A DNA stretch of 64,000 nt, taken from NCBI RefSeq assembly GCF_963921235.1, contig NC_086097.1:26228001-26292000 (forward strand), read 5' to 3'. The notes below the pieces were generated by a model. That model made no database searches, was not told the DNA's origin, and saw nothing but the letters and a program-made list of their open reading frames with translations. This stretch comes from Mobula hypostoma (taxonomy: Eukaryota). A program made the translations under genes and the position numbers. This document shows, piece after piece, positions 13,076-26,887 of this stretch. Positions within the stretch are counted from its first letter, which is position 1, and each line of letters starts with the position of its first letter.

Positions 13076-13545
13076 TTCCATGTTCTTTAGTTAGTTTAAC
13101 TTACCACCTTCCTTGCTTTATTTTAGGAAGTGACGCTGATACTTAGATCAAGTCCCTTACTTACCTTTGATCTTTGAAGGGCCTCCAGCTGGCCAGTCAC
13201 CACTTGAAACGCCATCCAGAACAAGGCACAAGATTTTCCAACTAGATTTTGCTTTGATTGATAGTTTCCTGATTGGACAAGAAACACTGGGAGCTCCAGT
13301 CTTTCCCACTAGCTCCATCCTTACCTCACCTGCTTCTTGAGCCCAATTACTTGCAATCCATGTCCCATGTGGGGCCACTTTACCCAATCCCTCCCTTTGC
13401 AGCCCAATCTCATTTGCCAATACCCACCCTTTTGCCATGTATCTTGCTGGTCAAGCAGACCTTAATCCTCAGGCATTGGCTTGAATCCTGAGGCTCTGGA
13501 CCCAGCTCTGACTGAGACTGAACAATTTTGACAATGAAAATGTAC

Positions 13546-13780
13546 GCAACACACATCAAAGTTGCTGGTTGAACGCAGCAGGCCAAGCAGCATCTAGAGG
13601 AAGAGGCGCAGTCGACGTTTCAGGCCGAGACCCTTCGTCAGGAGTCCTGACGAAGGGTCTCGGCCTGAAACGTCGACTGCGCCTCTTCCTATAGATGCTG
13701 CTTGGCCTGCTGCGTTCAACCAGCAACTTTGATGTGTGTTGCTTGAATTTCCAGCATCTGCAGAATTCCTGTTGTTTGTG
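13546..13780. mobile_element. Minimal fold-back Penelope insertion (98-bp inverted arms plus 38-nt tail)
   Basis: Arms 13546-13643 and 13645-13742 with 1 mismatch. TSD aat(g/a)aaaatgtac at 13533-13545 and 13781-13793. Confidence 0.92.
13643..13678 (+). ncRNA. Minimal hammerhead ribozyme motif
   Basis: Identical to 4081-4116; mirrored on the minus strand at 13610-13645. Confidence 0.72.
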
Positions 13781-15149
13781 AATAAAAATGTACAATGTCT
13801 TCGTAAGACCCTCAGTTCATGGCCCTACTGGGACTTGGACCAGGATGCAAACAAAAAAAACAGTTCCTAGTGTGTCACTGCTCTGACCTTCAAGTATACC
13901 CATTAATGTCAACAGATTTTCTACCCATTAATTTCCTCCTTACCCAGCGTTAACATAAGTTGATGTAACTTTTCCAGCCCATTGACTATCAAATTGATTC
14001 CAGATTGACTCAAGTAGAGGGATATATGCTGCTGTTGCTGCTTAGAACTAAGACAGCATGTTTCCATATACAGTACCACAAGAATGCTGTGCTCAACTCA
14101 AGATTCCACTATAATGAGTATCTTTATGAAATGAATCTTTAAATCCATGAGCATCTTCCCTCCAACCAAATTTGCTATGGAGCAAACCTGACATTCCTGG
14201 GCGTTGCCTGGCACATTTCACCAACCCCAAATAATCTTCCTTCTTTCCCAGACTCCAAACAGTAAATCTTGGAGATATTATTCAAGAGAAATTGCTTTAC
14301 CTGGTGAAAGGTTAGATTTGAAACCTCCTGTGATCCATCTAAGGGGAAAATGAAGGGAGCAGATAGACAGAGGTGCTGGTGTAGGTTGGAAGAGGGTGTT
14401 TGCGAAGTATCAACACTTACAACTGTATTGGAAGGGCTCCTCTGACATGTAAATTCTGTCTACCTGGTGCTTCTTAAATGATACTAGAAGTTTCAGGTAC
14501 ATCATTCCACAGATAGATGCTTACCTTCAGTGACCAGGGCATTGAGTATAAAAGTTGTTAAGTTATGTTTCAGCTGTATAAACTTTGGTTGCCCCACACT
14601 CTGGAGTACTGTGTGCAGTTTTAGTCACCATACTATAGGAAGGATTTGAAGGTTTTGGAGATGGCAAAGAAGGGGTTGCCAGAGATTAGAGAGTATTAGC
14701 TATTGAGGGATAAACTTGGATTATTTTCTTTAGAACATTAGAGACTGAGGGGTGACCAGATAGAAGTATATATGATTATGAGAGTATAGATAAGGTAGAT
14801 AGTCAGAGCTTTTCCCCCCAAGCGTAGAAATGGCAAATACTGCAGGGCGAAGATTTATGGTGAGAGGGGTGAAAGTGCAAAATTCCATTACATGGAGAGT
14901 GATCGATGCCTTGGATGCACTGCCGTGGGGGGTGGTCGAAGCTGATACCAATGTACAAGAAGCATTTAGACTGATATATAAACATATAATTTAGGATTAT
15001 GGTCATGGAATTCCATGAAGTCTCCTTGAGGCATGCCTACCCTGAGAAAGCTTAAATCTTCTCTTCAATTGTTTAGTGAGACCCTTTCTCACTACCCCTT
15101 CTGTGATCTCTGCTGCTCTCAAGACTCTTCAACAATGACCTCACCACAC

Positions 15150-15490
15150 ACTTGCTATCACACCCTTGTCCCTCTGGTTCCACTCCTCCTTCCCTTTTAT
15201 CCACCAATCACCTCCCAGCTTCTTACTTCATTCCCCCTTCTCCCACCCACCTACCTTCTCCCTCACCTGGTCTCACCTATCACCTGCCAGCTTGTAAACC
15301 TTCCCTTCCCGCACCACCTTTTTAAAAATCTAGCTTCTTCCTCCTTCCTTTCCAGTCCTGATAAAGAGTTTCGACCTGAAACGTCAACAGTTTATTCCCC
15401 TCCATAAATGCTGCTTGACCTAATGAGTTTCTCCAGCATTTTGTGTGTTGCTCAGGATTTCCAGCATCTTCAGAATCTCTTGTGTTTATG
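15150..15490 (+). mobile_element. Penelope-like 3' terminal repeat
   Basis: cagtcctgataaag...gaaacgtcaac...tccagcattttgtgtgttgc...ttccagcatc. Confidence 0.75.
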
Positions 15491-16429
15491 ACCACCTATT
15501 CTTCAGAAAGACATCTCCAATAACACAGCACTCCCTCTGCACTGAAGAACTGTGCAATATTTTAGAAAGTAGCTTCAACCTATGACCGAGAAGCAATGAG
15601 CTGCAGATGACAAACTATCTCTCAGCCTCCACTGATGTTCCATGACCTACAGAGTTCCTTCAGCAGTTTGTTTCATTTTCAACCACTAACTCTCTGCCTC
15701 AGGAAGTGCTCTTGGTTTCCAAAGGCAGAAGATTCTGCATTGATGTAGCACAGAGCAAAATGCTTCAAGTTGCTTCTTCAGATTGTAATGGAACAAAATC
15801 TGACACTGAACCATGATGGGGATATTTGGACAGCTTGTTCAAAAAGGCAGTTTATCAGAAACACCTTATAAGAGTTGACAGTGATATGGAAATGTGGGAG
15901 GAAATTCCAGAGGCAAGAGTGGAGCTGGAGCCCAGTTCGACTGAAGTACAGAGAGAGGGAAGGGCAAAACCATGGGAGTAAAAATACAAATAAATGGGTT
16001 CAATACAGTGTATACAGAAGGAACCAGACTGCAATATGGAATTTTTTCCAAAATTAATTGTCTTATATGAAGTAAAACTTTCCCATAAGTATCAGAATAT
16101 TTGTAGCCACTGTAATTCTAATTGAGAAATCATGTCAAATGCCAATCAATGAATTGGCTGGGATCAGTATTCCATTAATCCAGACTAAAGGAACAGGGCA
16201 TAAGAAACCCCTTACCATACATTCCAATAAGTGACAGGACACCATGTGGCCTGGAGGCTGCTCACCAAGAATACCTGGATGTGAATTAAGTACCAAGGCC
16301 TCCTATGACTAGTGTCTCTGCTGGTAGGATGAGGAATGGCATATCCATGACATAGAGAATAAAAACCACAACTTACCTACATATTTAGGTCTCTACATTT
16401 CTGTAGGTGATACCTACAAGGTCCGACAT

Positions 16430-17362
16430 CCAGGAAAACACACACAAAATGCTAGAGGACTCAGCAGTCAGGCAGGATCTGTGGAAAGGAATAAAGAGTC
16501 CATGTTTTGGGCCAAGACCCTCTGGACTGGAACAGAAGGGGAAAGAAGCTGGTATAAGGAGGTGGGGGGAGGAGGAGAAGGAGTACAAGCTGGAAGGTGA
16601 TAGGTGAAGCCAGGTGAGGGGGGAGGCAGGTGGGTGGGGGGAAGGGTGGGTGAACTGAGAAGTTGGGAGGTGAGATGTAGAAGAAGACTGAAAGAAGAGG
16701 AATCGGATAGAAGAGAAGAGAACAGAATCAAATAGAAGAAAGGGAAGGATGGAACCAGAGGGAGGCGATGGACAGGAGAAGATAACAGAAGGAGTGAGAG
16801 GGGATCCAGAATGAGGAATGGAAAAAGAGAGAAGGGGGAAGGCAAAAAATTACTGGAAGTTAGAGAAATTGATGTTCATGCTGTCAGGTTGGAGGCTACC
16901 CAGACGGAATATGAGGCGTTGCTCCTCCAACCTGAGTGTGGCCTCATCATGGCAGTAAAAGAGTCAATGGAGTGAAATTAAACGCAAACAACAGGAATTC
17001 TGCAGATGCTGGAAATTCAAGCAACACACATAAAAGTTGCTGGTGAACGCAGCAGGCCAGGCAGCATCTCTAGGAAGCGGTGCAGTCGATGTTTCGGGCC
17101 GAGACCCTTTGTCAGGGCTAACTGAAGGAAGAGTGAGTAAGGGATTTGAAAGTTGGAGGGGGAGGGGGAGATCCAAAATGATAGGAGAAGACAGGAGGAG
17201 GAGGGATAGAGCCAAGAGCTGGACAGTTGATAGGCAAAAGGGATACAGTGAAATGTTGAAATGGGAATGGGAAGTTGAATTGAAATAAGTGGCCACTGGG
17301 AAATTCTGCCTTTTGTGTTGGATGGAGTGAAGATACTCGACAAAGCGGTCTCCCAATCTCCA
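16430..17362 (-). mobile_element. Older Penelope fragment with a younger Penelope 3' end (~16980-17246) nested in it
   Basis: GDRFVEYL and EEQRLIFRLGSLQPDSMNI remnants. The nested copy is flanked by agtgaaat at 16971 and 17247. Confidence 0.75.
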
Positions 17363-18619
17363 TCCTTTAGTACGACCTATAGAGTTCCAAATTTGACCTG
17401 TAAAATGGACGTGGATTACTTACAACCCCACTCTTTCCAAATCCTTATCCTTCATTGAGCAATAGACAAGACAGAAAAAAATCCGACAATATTCTTCAGA
17501 TTGCTTTCTATCTGCAAGTCATGGTTTGAATATGAAACCCTTAATGAAAATACCATTGAGTGCACAAGTCAAAACCTCAGTATCAATTAATACTTAAAAG
17601 CATTAGTTTATTTTTGTTTGACAAGTACACTGAAGGGCTTGGGAGCAAGGTTACTTACATATGAGTTAAAGTGCAGGTTCAGCATAATCTAATACCTCCC
17701 CAGAAACCCGAAGACGGAAGTCAGTGACACTCCAGGGAAGAACTGAGAGAGCGTTGCCTTCTTCAGGCTGAGTTTTTGAAAAATCCATCAGCACTTCTAA
17801 AGAGGATATAGTTGTGTGTGGGCCAGGGCAGGAAGTCTCTGGCTACACAAGGCTTCCATTCCTGAAAACTGTCCATAAGCTGCTTTCTCCATATTTCAGG
17901 GATGTCTGTTTCCCAAAGAAACCTATACCATATCACTCCATACACACTTGCTATAGTTATAACATAGAACAGTACAGCACAGTACAGGCCATTCAGCCCA
18001 TTATGTTGTGCTGGTCTTATAGCCTGCTCTGATCATTTTAACCCTTCCCTCCATTTTTCTATCATCTACATGCCTATCTAAGAGTTTCTTAAATGTCCCA
18101 AATGTATCTGCCTCTACCACCAACCATGGAAGGGCATTCTCTGCGACCACCACTCTCTGTAAAAAGTTTACCCCTGACGTTCCTCTATACTTCCAATTCT
18201 TTCATTTAATTGACTAACCACTCTAACAGTACTGATAATTAAAATAAAGGTATACAGTTTCCAGTCATTAATGAATTCTATGAAATATTTTATTATTAAC
18301 TAGCTTGAAAAAGCTTTTAAAGTATTTGGGATTATTTGCATAAAATCAGATTTTTTGTAAATCAGGTCATTCATAACCCAGAGACCCTGTATTAATCCTA
18401 CAATCATCATCACAAAAATAGATGATCTGGTCGTTATTATGTTGCTGACCGTGGAGTGTGCTTTGCTGAAATCAGTTTTCCATTCCTCCTAACTGTTCAA
18501 TATTACTTCATTGATTACAAAGGGGGTCCCTGAAAGGAATTTGGAAGACACCTACTCAGTCAGTTGGAGGAGGTTCAACTTAACCAGTTTCTACAAAGAG
18601 CAGCAGGATTAGCTGTGTG

Positions 18620-18970
18620 GAAAACTATCACCCGCAGTGCTTACATCTACTGCGATGAAGTGCTTTGAGAGGTTGGTCGTGGATAGAATTAACTCCTCCC
18701 TGAGCAAGACCTGGACCTGCTGTGATTTGCCTACCTCAACGAGTCTGCAGTGGACACAATTTCACTGCTTCGCCACTCATCCTTGCAGCACCTAAACAAC
18801 AGCAAGGCATACGTTAGGCTGCTGTTTATCATATACAGCTTAGCATTCAACACTACCATCCCCTCACCATAATCAACAAGCTTCAAAACTTGGGCCTCTG
18901 TAACTGGATCCTCAACTTCCTCATTGAGAGACCACTGTCAATGTAGATTGGAAATAACATCTCCTCGTTG
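18620..18970 (+). mobile_element. Rex1/Babar-like LINE RT fragment
   Basis: Remnants LTSTAMKCFERLV, AYVRLLF, LAFNT, LCNWILNFL..RPLSM. Confidence 0.7.
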
Positions 18971-20365
18971 TTATTTGTTATTAAACACCTAAGATTCCCT
19001 AATAGAATCTCAGAATATGCTTAGGGCTAAATTGCCTCCCCCATTCCTATTTTGCCCAATATCAACCCGAAACACTGATTGTTCTTCTCCCCTCACAAAC
19101 GCTGCCTTACCCACTGAGGGTCATGTTTACTGACTCCCCATTGTGCATGCTTTGGATTTCCTGTTGTGTCATTCACATACAGACCACACAATGTATAGTT
19201 CTCCAAGGAGACAATCAACATTTTATTTAATTGTCTTTTGGAGTAGAGTTTAAATGATGCTTGTCTGAGAACAATACTCAGACAAATCTGTGTGTGTTTT
19301 GTTTAGCCTCGAATGGTCAATGAAAGACAATGAGTTGGTACCTTGGCATGGTTCTACATTAGGTCAATTGTTTACACACTTATAAAGACCTGACTACTAA
19401 AGACTGACACATAATCGTGTTAGGCAGGTTCCAACTTCTTTTTGAAGGATACCTACGGACCAGCTGGGTTTTTACTGACATGAATTAGCTTGTATCAGCT
19501 CGATGCTAATCACTATAACTTGTCCTAGTGGAATAAACTTTGAATTTACCGAAACTGATGCTACAACTGCATGTGTCAGAGTAGTTTTAATAAATAGCTA
19601 TTGGCAAAAGAAGTGTTGCTAAGTTCAATGTGGCGCATCCACAAAATAGAAAACTCGATTAGGTCCCACATCTGACTGGAACCAATTTTTATCTAATGGA
19701 AGAATGTAAGGTCGGATCAGCATTTTCATTTAATTTACCAAAGAACATTTGTTTCCATTTTTCAAGTTCAAAACTCTATCAAAATGCAGATTCCGTGTGA
19801 CTTGAAGAACGCCTGACAAAGGAAACTAGGAATGAATGCTGCTTTAAGTCAGCGAAGCACTCAAAAATGTACATTTAATCCAATCATAATGGAAAACAGA
19901 TGGAACAAACAAAAGTAGCTGCCAAACTCTGTAACTGTCTGATTATTAATCTAGGTCTAGGGCTCACAGCAGTCCAATAATGCTCTTGCATTATATCATG
20001 TTTAGAAATCACTATAGTGGAACATAGCAGTACTGCTTTTATATTTTTCAATATTACCCATCAATTTACATGGCCCTCTCCTCACCCGTCCAACCGAGTC
20101 TAGTTTGACATGTTACCCAAATACTTACAATCACATTCAATTGTTCTTCATCAGATTTTAATGTGGCTTCCCAGTGGGTTTCAGAATCCTAACAGTGTAA
20201 CAACAAAAATTGTATTTATCCGGCATTTAGCCAAGATAAGACTTTTAATCATTATTTGTTTGACTAAATCCAACAGCAATCAACATTGAATTTACCAGGG
20301 TTACTGGATGACACAATACTCCAATTGATGAGGCCTTTCTTTTCAATTGATGCAACTTGTAATTT

Positions 20366-20371
20366 TTTATT
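20366..20371 (-). terminator. Candidate FOXN3 polyadenylation signal AATAAA
   Basis: Minus strand reads tgaTGTAttgtcttccaattgcAATAAAaaattacaagttgcatCA...gtattgtgtc: upstream UGUA, a CA at suitable distance and a downstream GU-rich element. Confidence 0.5.
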
Positions 20372-20802
20372 GCAATTGGAAGACAATACATCACAGAAAC
20401 TTTATGGTAGGTTCAAGGAAAGTTTGTTTTTCATATATGGACAAGTGATATTTACAATTGATGATTTTGTCTTTGGCAAAATGATTAAACATCAAGGAAA
20501 TGTAGAATGCAAATATGCCTCTGTGTTGACTTTGACATATTTCTTGAAGGTTGGTTGATTGCCCGTGCCTTCTGACTGCTCACATTGTGAAAAGAAAACT
20601 ATTCAAAAGTTCAATATATTTCTCGTGAAACAAAATATTGGCAGTTTATAGATTATTAATTATCAAAGTAAACAAAATTGGTCTTTCAAATCACCATGAA
20701 GGTAGATTAATTACGTTGGATACAGTACTTCGTCTTTGAGTGAAGTTATCTTTCACATAAAGATGCAGAATTGCACAACATTTTTAAAGTGACAATTTGA
20801 CA

Positions 20803-21744
20803 CTCTTTAATTCCACCTTCACTGTTCATATTGTCATTCCTTTGCATTGTTTCTGTTTTATTTGACCACATTAATCCTCTTTGAACCAGATGATACAAAA
20901 CATTGATTTAATAATTTTCCAAGAGTACCCCCTTTATGATTGTACCATAATTCCAACACAATATCCTGCCGATTCATCATCATTCCTTGTATGTTATCGG
21001 ATGACTTATGACATGCTCCACCTCATGATAACCTGGAGTCTGGTTTAAAATAAAGGTGGAATATCTGAATTACCAAGGATAACTTCGCTGAAAGATTACC
21101 AACTAAAAGGCAAAAATCTACATTTTTCTGTTTTTCTTTCCCTCAAACATTCTCCATTGCATCAACAGAAGTCACAGGAAGGAGGGACCAGTTTCTTATT
21201 GCAAAAAGCAGAGGTCAACAATCATTTCCAAATCTACAGAAGAAGCTAGAAGAATAATTCATGGATCTATAGTGTAATTATTAAAGATGTCTAAAGATCA
21301 CACACATATAGCAACAATTAACCAGCCAGAGGTCCAGAACTATACTAATAACAGTCTTTTCTTGCTTTGAGATGGACAGCATTTAGTTCAAACTAATACA
21401 GTAAATTTTTAACGTTTTTTTTTGGTACTTGGCTTACAATGGGGACTGCAGAGACTCAAGGATGAGTCTCGTCATTATCTTCTCAAGGGCGATTATTTGC
21501 AGGTATTAAATTTGATCCTCTTTAATTCCACCTTCATTGTTTGATACTGTTGTTCTATTACATTATTTCTATTTTACTTGACCATATTAATCCTCTTTGA
21601 CCCAAATTGTAGAGATCATTGATTTAATCGTTTTCCTGTCTACCCACTTTATGATTGTACCATAATTTTAACATGACACCCTACTGATTCATCATCAACA
21701 TAATGCAATATTCCTTGTATGTTAACTGCTGACTTTTGGCATGT
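20803..21744 (+). repeat. Diverged direct duplication of ~215-225 bp (20803-21016 and 21518-21744)
   Basis: Shared blocks ctctttaattccaccttca, ttgacca.attaatcctctttga, cattgatttaat, ctttatgattgtaccataatt, gattcatcatca, ttccttgtatgtta. Confidence 0.88.
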
Positions 21745-21859
21745 TGTTATTATTATAGTCTTATCATCAGTGATAATAATATTCTATAAATCAATAAAAA
21801 TCCTAGCTGTTTACTTATTCCCTGGAAGGAAGCATCACTCTTTCCTTGAATTATTTAGA

Positions 21860-22240
21860 CTTGGAAGGTAGAAACTGCGAAAGATGTTACAACCACACTG
21901 CACCAGGATGTATTTTAAAATCATACAGGGTAGGGTACATATGAGAGAAAAACTGTTCCCATTGCCAGAATGGGTGAAGACAGAAAGGTTGTGATTGGCA
22001 AAAAAAAAGCAAAAATGACAAAGGAAAACATCTTTAACCACTAGTGGTCAGGGCATGGAATACACTATCAAAGGTTGTAGTGGTGGCAGGTTCAATAGTA
22101 ACATTCAATAGAGCAGGGTATATCTGAAAGGCGACAAGTGGAAATGTTTTGGCAAAGAGTGGGGCAATGCAGCACACTGGATTGTTCTTGAAGGGACCCA
22201 GTACCAACTTAATACTTCTCCCTTGTTATAATCATTCTGT
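21860..22240 (+). mobile_element. Ancient CR1 3' remnant inside the putative 3' UTR
   Basis: Weak similarity to CR1 3' coding sequence (gtggtcagggcatggaatacact...gtggtggcaggttcaatagtaacattcaa). Confidence 0.5.
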
Positions 22241-25200
22241 AAATTCTGTCAGATCTTCTACCATTTTTGGCAAAGACTTGGGGTAAGAATCTGATCATAC
22301 TATTCAAATAAAGCACTCTCATGCCAATATTACAGTTTGTTTTAATTAGTTTAATAATGGCAAATAAATGAAAATTGATTCGATGAACCTGTCAGGAGGA
22401 GGATCTGGCATGCCCTTAGTTATTTACTGTTTGCTCTTCATATTGGAACTCGGAACATTTTCTCACCAGAGTACATGGAAGTTTTTACAGAATCATACTT
22501 TCAATTTCCAATGTGGCAAATTTCTGGTGCTAAGTTTCCAGTGGAATGGCATCTGGTTGTTGAACTTTGCCAAAGTGGTAGAAGTATAGAAAGTAATCTA
22601 AGCAACTAACCCGTCCTAAACTTGCAGACGTGCATCTCCACTGCCATTGAAGTAGGCTTCATCAGACCCAATGTCTTAAATATTCTTAACATTCACCCAC
22701 TTTACTAAGGTGTCTGAGAGTTTTAACCCACAGCTTTTTGCAGTCTGCAATCTCTCCCCCTCATAGCATTCCTGGCAATGCAGGCAGTGTTCAACCCTGA
22801 AACAAAGTAATTATTTGAGGTTCCACATAACCTGACCATTTTGGAAGAATTTAGAGGGATGAAATCACAGTTGAGAACCCAGTTCCTAATTGCCATGCAA
22901 TTGTGTTAACAGTACCAGCTGAAGTTACTGACTGGTGATCAAGAATGGAACTCCTGACCAATTTTGTTCTCTTATAAAACTGGGAGCAGAGTGATGAATT
23001 GTTTCACCTCACCAGGATCTGATGAAGGTCAAAATTTGCAGTAAAGGGGCAATTTATGGTTTGGTTAAGCTTCAATGATTGGGTCTTTATCTTATTTGAA
23101 GTTAAGCACACCAATCATGCTCCAGCTCCCTTCAAGATTTCAGTGTAGTACTAAAATAGCATTTATTTCTTGAAGACTTTTTAGAAGATGATTATCCAAA
23201 AGGCTAAACAGAAGGCTGACTTCCAGATGAAGTGACTTGTGAAGAAATCCTACAACACTCTGTGGCTGGTACTTTAGGAGAAAACCAGCAATACTCACGT
23301 TTGCCTATTGCGGCCTTCAAGATTTGGTGCCCTGGTTTCTTTTCACATTCCTATTTCAGAGATAGTGTCATTTGCCTCACATTAATGACCTTGCTTCAGC
23401 CACTAAATATAGCAAAACCAGCAATAATCAATAATGTGGGAATTTATCTATTTTGTTGCATATACCCTGGATTTTCCAGTAACCTTACAGAGGCAAAAAT
23501 AGACAAGACACAATTTGACTCCCATTTCCATACTTCCAATAAAATATTTAGAAATTCCCAGTTCAAAGTTAATCAAAGCCCACGTTTAGGACCCAGCTAC
23601 GTAGATGCAACCTTGGCAACCTTAGACTCCAATGCATTAAAAGGTAACTATTTACCCAGTAGAATGAACTTAGAATACCAAGCATTCTAGACAACTTAAG
23701 TGTGATAGACCCAGCAGCTCCCAGTGCCCTACCACCTGGATTTCAAAAAAAACTTGCACACATTATACTGAATTGCAAAGCAAAGTTACAAGCACAACGT
23801 GTGTTAAAACTCTTAGTAAAGTGGGAGACAGTAAGAAGCATTTGAAACCTAAAGCTTCATCAAAATCTCAAAAAGAAATATAAATGACCATTTTGGAGAG
23901 GTTGCATTTACCCTTGTAATTCACATGTACCTCTGGCTTCTTTTCTGAAATGCTGACTAACTATTAAACATCTTTCTATCCTCATTCAGATTCCTGCTTC
24001 CATGGTTTTGTTTCTTAATCTCTGACGTTCTATCATGCCTTTTAACTACTTGGCCAGACTGCAGTCCGAAACCTTCATGCATGTGTCCAACTGCAGTGCC
24101 AGGTAACTCTACACCACATACTGTATATTTGTTTATGTATTCTGTGGATTCTTGTGGAAAAGGAAGCTTTACCATGAAGATTCCTAGTGCACCAGATCTT
24201 TAAACACAACCTGTCTTTGCCTCAGAATCTAATGCGACAGAAAAAGATACCTTGATGCCTTGAATAAATTACATAAACCACAATTAGCACAGGAAAGCTA
24301 TTCACAGGGTTAAATGCCAAACTGCGCGACAGGAGAACGATTGACCTCCAAGCTGACATTAACAATTTTTTCTCTCAGATTAATTTGGGATGAGAAATCA
24401 CCTCTGCTTTTTGCATATCGGAATCTAGCCTCCAACCCTTGGCTAGTTTTATCCTGGGGGATGCATGGAGTTACCAAACAAGAATTGTAGTGCTGGTAGG
24501 TTGTTCTTGATCATCAGCCTTTCATTTAAACTTATTACAACAAAGATTAAAACATGTCTTAGTTATCACTTCCATTCTCTAATTTCAAGTCTTTCACTTT
24601 TTTAGCATTGCAGATTTCTGCCTGCCTTGGGACATTAATATACATGATTTCTAAATCCTTAACAGTAAGATCACATATTTGCACAAAGAATCCATAATTG
24701 AAATAATTCACCCAATCTTTAATGAGCCAATTATAAAATCAAAACCACAATATATTTACTTGACATCCTGGTCACAGTGGCTCAGTCCCTTAAATGAACG
24801 TAGCCACCAAGATGACGCCTGCTTAAAAAGGAAAATCGGCACACTCCCCCCTCCCCTTTTTATGCCTATGAACAACCACAATTCTGACCAATTGTTGTTT
24901 TTATAATGGCTGCTAACTTTATGATCAATATTAGTATATATTTTTAGATTTTGACCTACAGAGGCCCTCCCCAGCAAAAGGATAAATGGACTTTTGCCTT
25001 TTGCAGTGTTTCTTTGGTCAAACAAACAACTGAGGATGGAACATGGGAGGGGGTAGTCAGTCACCAGATCTTGAGGCAATGTCACAGCAGATTTGACCAA
25101 CAAGCAGTGTGACTTTCTGACCATTTGGGCTGTTTCTTCTTTGAGTTCTGCCATAGGAGATGTCAATTAAATGATTAGGAATTCAGCACTGCCAAAATAA

Positions 25201-26249
25201 TGTTGCACTTTTAGGTTTTGTCTACTCACCTAAAATCTGACAAAACAGGATTGGAGGACCAAAACAAGCTGATTGAGATAGTTATGTCTGATTGCTATAA
25301 TGACCAGCACTGCTAGGTGCTGTTTTAGGATGCATTGCCAATATATGATATTGATATTCAATACATCACTCTACCCCAATATTTAGCAGATAATTTTAAG
25401 GAGAACAGATACTCATGCACACTCACTACTGACTCGGTGAGAACAGAGACTTATTCCCCCCTCCCACCCCACTACCCTCCTTACCCTGTACTGGGAGACC
25501 GTGTTTAGTGGTATTGTTACTAGCATTTATATTTAACAATACTGTTTTGGGGGCCCAAAATGTGCAGACAAGGCAGTATATTCAACCATCCAAGCCCTAC
25601 CGGAAATGTGAAGTCTTCATATTGCAGTGTAAGTTCCCCAACAGTCAGTTTTTTTTCCCTGAAAAAAAGGTTAAACCTTATCACCTGCATCAAAAAAAAA
25701 TCTAGGCCTAAGGGCTTAAAAATTAGAGGCATAGCCTTTTCTCTATTTTCTATATTTATATGAAAATAATTCATGCTCATGCTAAATACATTATTTACCT
25801 TACATGAACTCTTTTATTGTCTTTGAATAAAAAACAATGTTTTTGTTCAAAGAACCCATGCAACATGGATTGGATAATCCTGCTGGCTAAATCGGTTATA
25901 TTCCAAAATCTTTTATTCTACACTTATCCTGACTGAGAGAGAGAAACTGCTTACTTCAGTTCCAGGGCAGTGGAAGAGCTCACCGATATCACTGTTAAGC
26001 AATTCTGTTTCAGAATAATACTATTGGCAGGTTTTAGAGCTTTTTGTTTTGTTGCTGTCTTCTTCATTGTGGCCAGGCTAAACATTCTGATCTGTCAGAA
26101 TGGATTAGTATCGCTAACTTGTTATCGCTTGATTATCAACATCTTTGCAAGACTTGATTGCTCTCACATCACTCAGGCAGTTTCAAAAAGGCGGTGTATT
26201 TTCTTTCTCTTTGCACGTAGTGCCGTCCATCAGGCATATGGCTTAGAGT

Positions 26250-26395
26250 GTGGTGTGTATGAGAGTGTGTGAGTGTGTGACTGTGTGTGAGAGTGTGTGA
26301 CTGTGTATGAGAGTGTGTGAGTGTGTGTGAGAGAGTGTGTGTGTGTGTGAGAGAGTGTGTGTGTGTGAGAGTGTGTGCGTGCGTGTGTGTGTGTG
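26250..26395. repeat. Compound (TG)n/(GA)n microsatellite
   Basis: Direct reading. Confidence 0.95.
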
Positions 26396-26789
26396 GTTTG
26401 AGAAGACAAAAAAAAATATGAAATTGGCCAAGAGCAGGACTCTTTTCTTGCTTTAGACAGTTTTCCCATTTTTTGTTTTGCTATCTCCGATAATCACGGC
26501 AGTCATCTGCTCCACAGTCAAAAGGACCAGGTCTCTGGTATTCTAAGTGCAGTTGGATCCATCGCGGTCTTAGCTGGCACACATTATTTTGCTTCCATTT
26601 TATCCAGTTGCCATGACTTGCGTTTTACCGCTCGGGCTGGCTGTCATTCAGTAAAGCTGAACCTGAGCAGTCTGTCACCGTCTTGTTAGAGCATCGCGGG
26701 AATCGCAATGCAAACTCCATAGGTATCAGCATGAGTCCTGCATGCACCTGTGTAATAGGACTGAAATAATGGAGGGGTTGGAGGGGTGA

Positions 26790-26813
26790 AGAGAGAGAGA
26801 GAAAGTGGGGGGA

Positions 26814-26887
<74 letters not shown>

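Noticed and set aside
13157..13491. Unique sequence with a strong minus-strand donor (AAG|gtaagt near 13164) and 72-93 aa ORFs
   Set aside because: No recognisable protein, acceptor or partner exon; a consensus donor alone is expected by chance.
21451..21470. 8-bp hairpin GAGACTCA-agga-TGAGTCTC (similar one at 46981-47006)
   Set aside because: Too short to distinguish from chance.
23232..25166. 152-aa and 136-aa ORFs in the UTR region
   Set aside because: No recognisable domain or splice support; likely chance ORFs.
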